Shown one piece after another: positions 52,753 through 64,000 of a DNA stretch of 64,000 nucleotides; within the stretch, counting starts at the first letter, position 1, and every line of letters begins with the position of its first letter. This stretch comes from Cycas panzhihuaensis (Eukaryota; Plantae; Cycadophyta). The notes under the pieces were generated by a model. That model searched no databases. It had not been told where the DNA came from and saw only the letters and a list, made by a program, of their open reading frames with translations. Location: positions 46,383,741 to 46,447,740 of the forward strand of contig CM041465.1 in NCBI GenBank assembly GCA_023213395.1, in the 5' to 3' direction. The position numbers were made by a program, and so were the translations under genes.

Positions 52753-55700
52753 ATGGCATCCAACTTTGGTAATATGATTATCCCCAAATTTGATGGTTCT
52801 AATTTTCTAAATTAGAGTAGGAGGATAAGACCCATCCTCATAGCTAATGAAATGTGAGATATTATGATAATAGGATATACCAAATTAGGTCAAAACCTAA
52901 TAGATCTTAAGAAGCTAGCCTACAAAGCAAATGTCAAGAAAGATAATGAAGCACTTGTATTGATATTCTATACACTTGAAGACCATATATTTCCAAGAGT
53001 TAATAAATCAGTGACTTATAAAGAGGCTTGGGATACTTTGTAATTAATCTATGAAGGGGTTTCCTCATCAAAATTATAGACCTTAAGAAGCAAGTTTGAA
53101 AATCTTAAGATGATTCCAAATGAATCTATAACCAATTTTATGACCAAATTGTAAGATATAGTCAATCAGATGAGATTACTTAGGGATACATTAAATGAAC
53201 AAAGAGTAGTTGAATGAATCTTAAGATGTGTTAGTTCTATTAAGAGATTTGAAATGGTAGCTATTAGCATTAGTGTATTAAATACGTAACTGTATTGAAA
53301 TTAGAGCAATTAAGTACCCTCCTAATGGTAGTAGAGGAACAACAAAATACCAATGAATCTCTTGAACATGTTTTTGCTACTAAAGTAATAATACAATCTA
53401 ATTTTCAAGTAGGTACCTCCAAGACTAGGAATCAATCCCCAAAAGGAAGGAACAAGAACCCTAGATAGATGTACATTAATAAAGACAACCTAAATATCAA
53501 GCTCTACAACAAAGAAGATAAGGAGCTAATCCAAAGAATACTAGCCATGATAGGTACCAAAGGCAAGAAAGAAATCATGGGATAAGCTAATATTATCCAA
53601 ATTATCAAGGGGACATACCACCTCAAAGGACCAACCCTACTTATCCAAATAATATACAAAGGGAGACTCAAGATCCATTCATGGAAAGAGGGAGACCCTC
53701 TCATGTTGATAGGTCCTATCCTCATAGCAGGAGTCTAAGTTTTGGCAGAAGAGACTCACCTTATTATACATTGTATAATTATCTTCGCCATATAGAAGAT
53801 AAATTCTTTACTAAACACAGTCCACCAAATAAGGGAAGTGTTAATATTATTGTGGAAGTAAGGGAAAATAATCATCTTTTTCTATCTAGTTTCATTGCCC
53901 ATGAAGACAGGGATGATAGTTGATATATTGATTCAAGTTGTTCCACTCACATGACACATAAAGAGCATCTATTCAATACTTTAGATAGAACCAAAAATGT
54001 ATCAATTATGTTTGGTGATGATACCTCCCATGAGTCCATTGGAAGAGGTAATATAGTATTATAAATAGAATTAAGAAACTCTAGATACATTGATGATGTA
54101 CTTTATATGCCAGCCCTTAAGAAAAACCTTCTATCTATAGGATAGATGATGGGCTAAGATTACAAGGTAATATTTAATAATGGAGAATGCACTATTAAAA
54201 ACAAAAAATGAAATAAGGTGGTTGTAGCCAAAGGGAAAATTACTAAGGATAGACTCTTTAAATTAGTCCTTACTCCTTTTAACAATTATATTTTGAAAAC
54301 ATTAATAAAGCTTGATAGTGACATGTGGCATAAGAGATTTGGCCACTTGAGTTATAGAAGTCTGACACTAATGAAGAGGATGGATATGGTAGACGGGTTA
54401 CCACATATTGACATTGATAAAAGTATTTGTGAAGGATGCTTTCTTAGAAAACAACATAGGGAAACTTTTATAGACAATAGCCATAGAGCCAATGGATCTC
54501 TCTAATTAGTATATACATATATTTGTGGTCCCAGGGATCTCTCTAATTAGTATATACATATATTTGTGGATCTCTCTAATTAGTATATACATATATTTGT
54601 GTTCCCTTATTGGTAAGAGCCAGATATTTTAGTACATTCATTGATGATTTTACAAGGAAAATTTGGGTTTATTTTCTCAAATTCAAATTAGATTCTTTCT
54701 AATGCTTTGTTGATTTCAAAACCTATATGGAAAGACAAAGTGGATGTAAAATCCTCTCCTTATGATCAGATAATAGGGGAGAGTTCATTTAAAATAAATT
54801 CAAATCTTATTGTACTCATCACAAAATCAGGAGGTAACTTATGAACCCCTACACCTGCTTGTAAAATGGTATAGAAGAAAGGAAGAACCACACTATAGTC
54901 AAACTGGCTAGGTATATATTAAAAGATAAGAGACTAAGACATGAATTTTGGGTTAATGTAGTTTACATAACTGTCTACTTAATCTATAGATATACTACCA
55001 AGACACTAAGATGGAAAACTCCTGAAGAAGCTTGGATTGGATACAAGCCTAGTATTCATCACTTAAGAGTCTTTGGATTCTTAGCCTATGCGTATGTACC
55101 TCAATAAAGAAGATCTAAGCTTTATGATCATAGCATTAAATGCATATTCATTGGGTACAATAACGTCTCAAAATCTTACAAAGTTTATGATCCAAAATCT
55201 CGAAAGATCATAGTGAGTCGAGATATTAAATTCTAAGAAGATGACTATTACCATATTGATGATGCTCAAAATAAAGGGAATAGTGTGATGATTAATCTTC
55301 ATTCTACTAAGTCTAAATATATTCCACCTAGGCACGAATCAAGAATAACTATTGATGTATCAAGTAGGGAAGGAACCTCTTCTTAACCTCTACCACAACG
55401 GCTACCAAAATGAGTTTAAAGAAATCATGACATGGATAACATCCTGGATAATAACTACAATTGGAGATCTACTCATGTACATAGGGTAAATTTTTCCCTC
55501 ATGAGTTAACTTATGGAAACCCATGAGCCTCAAACCTTTAATGAGGCCAATACACATGATTTTTGGAGAAAGGAAATGGAGGAAGAATATAACTCCATTA
55601 TTATGAATGATACTTGGTAATTGGTTGACTTACCTCCCAATAAAAAGGTAATTGGTATCATGTGGGTTTATAAAACTAAGTTTTGATTATAGTGAGACAT

Positions 55701-56980
55701 TTACCCCTGTTGCATATATGAAAACCATACATATAATGATGAATTTGGTAGCATAAATGAGATGGAATGTCTGTCAAATGGATGTTAAAATTTCCTTCCT
55801 TAATGACTACATTGAAGAGGATATTTATGTCTCTCAACCCCTCAGTTTTGAAGTCAGTGGGGAAGAAGATGAAGTGTATAAACTTAGAAAGGCACTTTAT
55901 AGTTTGAAGCAAGCACCCAGGGCTTGGTATTCCTACATTGACAAATATTTTAGAGATCAAGGTTTTGAAAGGTCTTAATAAGATCCAAACCTATATATCT
56001 AAATCAAGGGATATTCTATTCTAATTATGGGACTCTATATAGATGACCTTATCTACACTTGAAATGATCCCCACCTTTTACAAACCTTTAAGGTATCTAT
56101 GTGTGAAGAATTTAAAATGATAGATTTAGGATTAATGCATTACTCCCTAGGTTTGGAAGTATGATAGGATAAAATGGCATCTTCATCTCTTAAAGGAAGT
56201 ATACTTGGACTTATTACAAAAGTTCAAGATGAACCATTTCAAACCTTTAGCAACTCCAGCTAAAATTAGGATCAAACTATATAAACTTGATGATTTGGCA
56301 TTTGTTGATCCTACACTTATAGATAGTTAATTTGTAGTTTGATTTACTTATTTCTACTTGACCAGACATCATACATTTAATCAACATAGTATCTAGATTT
56401 AAGCAAGACCCAAAGACTATTTATTAGCAAGCAACCAAAAGGATTCTATGATATCTCAAAGGCACTATATAATATAGGTTATATTATAAAGCTTCCTCAA
56501 ATTTTAGATTAATAGGTTATACAGATTTAGATTGGGCAAGTGACATCGATAATAGAAAATCTACTTCAAGTTACACTTTTAGTATGGATTCAACAACCAT
56601 AACTTGGAGCACTAAGAAGTAAAATATAGTTTCTCTATCTATAGTTAAAGCAAAATATAAAGAAACAGTCTCTAGTGCATGTGAAATAGTTTAGCTTTGA
56701 TGACTCCTATAAGACTTTTAGATTAAACATAAGGGATTAACTAAAATATGGTGTGACAATCAAAGTACTATTTAGATGACTCAGAACCCTATATTTCATA
56801 GCAAAATAAAGTACATAGAAACTTAGCACCACTTCATTAGAGAATTAGTTTAAGCAAGTGAGATCGAATTGGCATATTATAGTACATAAGATCAAATAAC
56901 AAACATATTTACAAAGGCATTGGGAAGGATCAAATTTTATAAATTCAAGGACAAGCTTGGAGTTCTATACAATGGCCATT
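52753..56980 (+). pseudogene. gag-pol: Copia 2 gag-pol, decayed, with a small deletion in RT near 55680
   Basis: MASNFGNMIIPKFDGSNF, YIDSSCSTHMT ~53925, WHKRFGHL (54218-54505), [11 protein letters not shown]...[18 protein letters not shown] (55757-55978). Confidence 0.93.
54494..54600. repeat. Three identical 33-bp direct repeats in the Copia 2 integrase
   Basis: ggatctctctaattagtatatacatatatttgt at 54494, 54535 and 54568. Confidence 0.97.
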
Positions 56981-59900
56981 ACAGAGGAGAATGTTAGGAT
57001 AATGGCCATTCTCAACATATGTGCACATGTATCTAGGACCCCCCAAAGCCACCTAGAGTCACCTAATACCCACCAGAGCTGACATGCAGCCGTTTGTAAC
57101 TATACCAAAGTAAGTACTATGCTTATTTTATTTAATTTATTATTATTATTTTGAATTATTGGGTAGAGGCATCTACTGCCTTCCTAAAACTATTTATACT
57201 ATGGGGATACCTCCTTGGTATTTTTTAACATCGCCAATCATTCAGAAGTGATTATTAACTCAAATATGGATTCTACTTTGTAATCTATGGCCTAGTCTAC
57301 TCCTCACATCTTTTGAGTATCAACATTAAAAATTTTAAAAAATAATGGTAAATTTGAAACAAAAAATCCTAATCTATAAATTTTGAGTGGCTACACTATA
57401 GATTTTAGGATGAAATTATAAAAATTATAATATATTTAAATTCAACCTACATTCTATCACCAGCTTTAAAGCCAAATTTACTACTTCAACTTCAAATGAT
57501 AATAAATTTGGCTATATGTATCTAAATGACCTCAAAGTTTTTTTTTTATGTTATGCATTTAAAGTTTACTTTCTAATGGAAGTGATCTTAAGTCAATTAG
57601 AGCTCTGAGAAAAAAGCTATTAATATTTTATTAAAAGGTATTATTGTTATCCTAAAACCCTAGGAGTGAACCTCATTAAATTATGTATATCTTTTAATAT
57701 AGGTATGAAAATCTATTTTTTTCTAAACTATTAGAATTTAATTTAGAGACCATTATTTTAAGATATGTTTTATATATATTTAAAGCCATCATTTACCAAA
57801 TATTTAAAATTAAATTTAATCTTTTTATTTTGTAAGGGTTTATGCTAGTATTTCCTTTGGTATTATTTTAGGTCATTCAAACTTTGGCTTGCATGCCATT
57901 GTTCTTTAGGGCATAAGTATTCTACTTGTACTAGAAAAAAAAAGGTAAATAGAGAGAGAGAAATAAAAAAATAGACCTAAAGGCTTATAGGAATTTACTC
58001 TTATACTATGAAAAAATGGGTCTTATTGATTGGTTCTTTAACTTTAAACAATTATTTTCCTCTTATTATGATCACCTCAACCTCCTTACATTTGGAATGG
58101 ATATTTATATTTCACTTTATTATTAGGTTACAATTTTTAAATGAGTCCTTGAATAATATTCTGAAGTTTATTACTTCAAGCATGACTATGCCAAGGTTAT
58201 GTTTGCTATGTTATACTTGGAAGTGGATCTCTGTTGAAAGGCTTGGGTATAGTGTGACTCATATTCATAACTAGATTGGGAATCCTTCAAGATGGAACTT
58301 AAAAGTGAAATAAGATCTCACATAACTATTAAAGCTTCCACAAAAGTAGTTTTAAAGGACCAAGATCACTTAGTGATGTAGAGGACCAGAATTAATCAAA
58401 TAAAGAGGAAGTGGAGAATAATGTAGAAGATTACTCAATTGAAGACGAAGTGAAGAATAATGTATAAGACCACTAAAGTGAGGAGAAAATAAAGGACCTT
58501 GTTTAATCCTCCATACATCATGAACCAAGAAGTATCACTAAGAAACCCAAGTCTATTTTCAATGGATTATCATTACTTAGGTTATAGGAATATTTGGGAT
58601 CTTATTTTTATGGGTACCTATATTATTACACCATGTCGCCTCATTTCTTTGATAATAATATTTATCCAAAAGGGCCACGCTTCTTTAGTACCTATTCCCA
58701 CCTAATGGGATATGTCTTAAAAATAATTTCTATATTTTAACACAAGGATGATATATTTATTTATGAGATTCAAGCATTGATAGGTGGTGGACACATATAT
58801 TTTTATATTGAGATGCTTTGAGGGCAAAACACCTAAGAGGGAGGGCATGTGGTGAGCCTTCACCATATGTTAAAGGATTAATATATTAGGAGGTTAAGGG
58901 TTAAGTAGGTTAAGGTAAAATGTATTTAATAATAGGAGAAATACATGTTTGGTTAGCTTAATGGTAGAATAATATAATAATGGGGTGATCTTCCTATAAA
59001 TATGATACCCTTACCACATGGGAGGTTATGTTGATTGATATAATTCTATTGGGGTTCACTTTGATATCCTTTGGTACTTTTCATATATATCATTTACTCC
59101 ATCCACCTCTATCCATTTTTAGATTATCTTACTCTCATTTTGTATATTATATCAGTAATAAGGGTATGCCTATTATAAGTAATCACTAAAAATTTTTACT
59201 CTTATAACTTCTTTCCTTATGTCCTCCCATAATTATCACTCACATAATACTCTCAAATATCTGCCATGTGTCTTGCAATATAATAGTTGTCATATAATAC
59301 TTGCAAATAGTGAAGTGCAATAAATCTATGTTTGTTGAATCCTAATTAAAAGAATAGAAACTAAAATCTTATGATCGAGTTATCCTCAAACAATTCCACT
59401 CTTTTAACTATGTCACTAGTTCTCATGCAAATGATACAATTACTTCAAAGAAGATCTAGACTAAACAAAATTTAACTATAAAGGGTCAACTATCCTATTA
59501 GATTTGTATTTGCAACTACATATCATTCTCTTATCCTAATCCAATGGGCTTAGAGTTTGGACAATAAGGCATCCATAAGCTAAAGTTCCTTAGTGAAAAC
59601 CACTTCTATTTGATTTCATTTTATATAAGTCTATTTATACATGTGTTGGAAATAATAGGAGCCAACTCTTAGATAGCCAATAGTTAAATCTTTATATTGG
59701 TGACATTTTTTTATTCTGTGTAGTTCTAAATGATGTTTCATTCAAATTAAGCTAATGGGAAAGTTCCGTTTAGGATGAACTAAAGGGAAATTCCCTTTAT
59801 ATCAATTTTAAGAGATAATAGAACTCGTAAATAACTAATGACCTTTATATGGAACTAAAGGGACTTGTTAATGAGTATCCACCTTATATAGGATGGTCAC

Positions 59901-61093
59901 TAAAAGTACATGGTCACTCCACATAAGATTTATTAATCAACAACACTCAAATGGATTAATAATGGAAAATGTCTAAGAATAATCTAGTAGTGCTTTATTG
60001 CATAAAAGTTCCTTCTTATTATAATGGAATAAAGGATCATTTATACATATAAAGGAGTGTATTTAGATCCCATGGTTGTAATAAAATAATGGGCCCAAAT
60101 CCATAGGATTGGTTCAAAGGTTTAAAGGAAAATTAATAGCTATTTGATGGAGGCATTACGTAAAATTCTAAATAATGAGATAGATTCAAAGTTTGGGTTG
60201 AAACCATAGGCTAAAAATCACAAATTTTGACCCATTGGGGGGGTGGGGAGAGGAGGAGAGAATGGATAATTAACTCTTTGTCCCATTCTATATAATCCAC
60301 TATAAATTTTAATTGAAAAAAATAGAAGAGTAGTGTAATAAATCTAACAAGATAGTTCTCTGCCATTTTATAATAGTCTACTACATTCAATTTTAATTTT
60401 TAGAATAGGGCATAATTCCCTATTAGGAATTAGAATGGTATGCCACATATTATTATAATTTTCAAAGCCAGACGTGATATTTAACTATAAATTTTATAAT
60501 AAGATGTGATGTCTAGCTATGAACAAGATACATCCTAGTTCATAATATGACATGATGCAACATTCTAATTTTATAACGGTGTGTCACATTTAGCTCTAAA
60601 AATTCTAATGGAGTAAGACTCAAAATGGAGTCAACAAAAATTAGATAATAATAAAAAATAAAGTAAATTTTTAAAAGTATACAGTGATAACATTCATTAA
60701 TAATAGAGGAAACAGGCCTAAAAGTGATTTCAAAGGTATTAAAGGGCCATTTCTTCATAAACAAGGCTTAAGTGGATGATGTTATTATGTCATTAATAGA
60801 TGTATATCATCATAGGTTGAGTTACGTTTGCACCCATTACCAAAACAATAGGTAGATGTTAGTAGCATGTGCATAGAAGATCAAAAGTAAATTGAAATTA
60901 AAGATACAAATGCATACTTAGCTTACCTATTCCATAATAGATATTGGAATCTTATTTTCTAGGAAATAGAGTGTTATGGCTCTTAGACATTGGTATGCTT
61001 TACATAAGGACATGTAAGTTTTAGGTCCCAAAGGATGTCATTAAGAACTAAACACCTTTGTATAAAATTCCCTTTTGTTTGATCCAAAAGGAA

Positions 61094-64000
61094 TGTTAAC
61101 AAGCATAGCTAAAGTTTAACACATGGTAGCTGTCAATGCTTCATGTGTTGGTAAGTGGAGTTGAGGAACAAAGAAGTTTCATTCAAAAGACATAACCTTT
61201 TAGAAGAGTCTTGAACCTATTTGAAGAGTTGTAGCTCTTGGATGGATATTCCTTTTAGAATCCTATAAAAAAGATCTTAGGTAGGATTGTAAATCATTTA
61301 TTTAGGTTTTAAAACATCCAATGATGTAACATTAATATTTCTAATAAATTAAAAATCTTTAAAGTGTGGATCTTTTGCTAAAAGGATTTTCCACATAAAC
61401 TTGTATCTTTTGTATATTTATTCTCCTATTTGATATGTTATCTTATCCTATGTAAATGATAGAAAAATATGGTACAAATTCATATCACTCAAGGTAAGCC
61501 TAAGAATGTATGAATTTTCACATGGTATTAAAGTTGTCCATGATTATACATAGCATTGTAAAGTTATTAAAAACTAGATCAAGCGATTGATAAAGTTGGT
61601 AACATAACTAAGTTAGAAAAATTAACCTTAATTATTTTTTGATGACTTGGAGAACAAAAATAGTAAAAATAATTAATTGTATAGAGAAAATAAGCCATGT
61701 TGAGCTCATTTTATATCTATTTTTTATGGTTTTTTATCATTGATATTTTAATATATGCAAGTTTCCATGTTTAGGTAGTGTACAATAATGTTTGGCTAAT
61801 TAATAACCTCAACAAAAGTTTGGGATTATTTTATTGGTAAGAGGCTGAAGATTATTAATTTTTTCACTATCTACAGGTTATCTTTTGCTTATTAAAAACC
61901 TATGGGATCTTGTTTATTAAACCTATCTAATGTTTATATCTAAGCAACTAAGGATTTTGAAAGAAATAAGGATCATTTCAAAGGTCTCACAAAGGATTAT
62001 GAGTCATCCTTTAAAAAACAAAGCTTATTCTCTTCATTTTTGGTCATTTTTTCTTTATTGGCTTTATAATAATAATATTAGGTATGCTAGAAATGTGCCT
62101 AGATCTTATTCTTCTCATTCTATCGAGATTTTTTAGTGTATTAAGCCTTTATTTATACTTGTAAAATCACACAACTAATGTGAAGTGTCGTAACTCTTAT
62201 GAACTTATGCATCTATTATAAATAAAAAAAATTAACTTTATTAATTATTTTTAAGTTGCCTAAAGTTAAAATTTAGTGTAAAATATATATTATGATGTTG
62301 GGTAGCTTAATAAAATAAATAATATTCATATATTATCCATTGAGATCATGTGAATGGTGGTAACCCTTTAAAGATTCCCAACACTTTATTTCACATAAAA
62401 AACTCAAATTTTCAAATGATCTTTTGATTCTAATTATGGTGTAGAGTCAATATTTATCTACTACAATAATTTTCATGAAAATTTTCCATTATATGGAGGA
62501 GAAATAGGTGATTTTTAGAAAAAATTTAGTATTTTTTAGCCTTCAAAGTGTTTTAGGTATGTATGGTGCTATGTAGATATTGTTTGATGGTTGTTGCAAC
62601 CTTGTGATAATGTTTGTTAGCTATTGAAATGAAAAAAATAGAAGTTTATAGATGGCCAATTATAAACTATGATCTCAATTGATTTATACCATATTTATTG
62701 ATGTTGAGGTAATTTTTTAAGTCATTTAATTTGTGGAGGTGTTCTTCTTAAAAATTGCATTTATATTTTCATCAAATTTCACCATAGAGAAGTTATTAAT
62801 TATTATTTTTAGTGGTAATAACTTTAATGAATGAACGACTAGTATGGAGTCACAATTAATGGGGAATTAATTATAGATAATAACTAAGGATTCAATTATT
62901 TCTAATCCATTTAATGAGAAGGAAATAACATAAATAAAAGAGAAAAAGTTTGTGGCAATTTGTTTATTGACTATATATCTTACCCTAAATCAAAGAATAC
63001 TAATTATTCAAAGAGAACCTAAGTCATTGAACAAAATCAAGATTAAGATGTTTGAGACCTTTGATATGATAAAATTAAATCACCGTATTGCTCTATTGAT
63101 GAAGTTCTTGAACACTACCATTAAAGATGAGAATAATATTAGTTCTTACTTTAACAAGGTGGTGGATTTGAGAAATAAACTTAAAGTAATTAAATTAAGA
63201 TCCATTGATGAAGAGTTATTATTTTCTATTATCAAATGGGGGTTACAAACTACATTCACTACAGTTTAGATTACATATACAAAAAGAAATGAAATTTGAT
63301 GAGCTAAAACCCTAAATTTAAATGAGGATACTAATCTAAAGCATCATGGATTACTTCAAAGTTCTGAATCCAATTGTAACTGAATGATAAAAATATAGAG
63401 ATTAAGAGGGAATTAAAAGGAGAAATGCTTATAAAAATGTAGTAATTTAAAAAGCTAGAATCTAAAGAAGAAAAGGCTCAAAGGAACCTATAACTACTAC
63501 AAGAAGGTTGGCTATAAGGAGGTAAACTATTATAAAAAGAAGCAAGATATTCACAAGGAAAAGTAAAAGGATATTAAAGTCTATTATGCAAAGATAAAGT
63601 TCTTGCTATCAAATAATATGACTCTTAATTTTAATGCATAATAGTATATACTTAAAAAGAAAAAAAGGTTTACAACATAGAAAGTTAACCCCTATGATTA
63701 TAAAATTAGACTTGGTGATGTACTTATTATACCTATTAAGGGTGTTATAATAGTTAATCTTCTAGGGGAGAATTTTATCCAAATGTACTATGCACTATAA
63801 GTAAAGGAAAATCTTCTATCTACTTAAAAAATCTACGAAAAGGGTTTGAAAATCAAGCTTTATAAAGACAAGTTCTTAGTTAAGGATCCAAAGAAGCAAT
63901 TTTCTATTATTATAACTAAGAGAGTGAAGAATGATTTTTGGGTGTTTAAAAATTTTTTAAATCCAAATCAGTCATATACCTTCATTGCCAATGCAGATGA
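61094..64000 (+). mobile_element. 5' part of a third Copia element (LTR, PBS, leader, gag, zinc knuckle, PR region), running off the window
   Basis: ...ttttcaCA followed by tggtattaaagt (decayed Met PBS) at ~61522. UBN2-like gag 62952-63269. YNYYKKVGYKEVNY (decayed CCHC) at ~63490. LTR start is uncertain. Confidence 0.75.

Larger units (their letters stand above)
48868..57314 (+). mobile_element. Ty1/Copia LTR retrotransposon (Copia 2), TSD GTGTA/GAGTA
   Basis: LTRs 48868-49163 and 56992-57314. Decayed PBS tagtattagagt at 49166. PPT agaggagaa before 56992. Leader ~3.6 kb. Confidence 0.92.
48451..59177 (+). mobile_element. Element Z: internally deleted Gypsy-type LTR element, TSD AGTAA, host of Copia 2
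   Basis: LTRs 48451-48791 and 58848-59177. Decayed PBS tggtattaaaac at 48794. PPT aagagggagggca at 58835-58847. AGTAA at 48446-48450 and 59178-59182. Only ~1.6 kb of its own internal sequence. Confidence 0.85.

Noticed and set aside
54494-54600. CRISPR-like direct repeats
   Set aside because: Spacers are 8 and 0 bp, the unit is integrase coding sequence, the context is eukaryotic and there are no cas genes.
59240-61090. Possible host gene or regulatory region
   Set aside because: Only one short unconvincing ORF and no motif or repeat partner that I can support; left unannotated.

Overview
AT-rich land-plant intergenic DNA made almost entirely of old, nested retroelements. I found no intact host gene, rRNA, tRNA or CRISPR array. 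The Gypsy families look non-angiosperm, possibly gymnosperm (inference). All coding regions are pseudogenised, mainly by C>T/G>A transitions. From left to right: (1) a partial duplicate of a composite made of LTR element X plus a nested non-chromovirus Gypsy A (1-7812); (2) a Penelope-like element (PLE, 7811-12420) inserted in that Gypsy; (3) a Gypsy B pol fragment; (4) a chromovirus Gypsy C split by a full-length Copia (17080-24653, TSD ATCTC); (5) element X (about 28667-41998) containing a complete Gypsy A copy (29639-38771, TSD ATGAT) with an extra 3' ORF; (6) a Tekay-like Gypsy Y; (7) a deleted Gypsy Z (48451-59177, TSD AGTAA) containing a second Copia (48868-57314); (8) the start of a third Copia. 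The standout is the PLE. One complete ~4.5 kb unit is present in circular permutation. It encodes a coiled-coil/Q-rich ORF and an RT, with no recognisable GIY-YIG endonuclease. It also carries a decayed minimal hammerhead ribozyme, a sense-strand (CCCTAAA)2 tract and a 28-bp inverted 5' junction, yet it sits at an interstitial site. Coordinates and alignments were made by eye.
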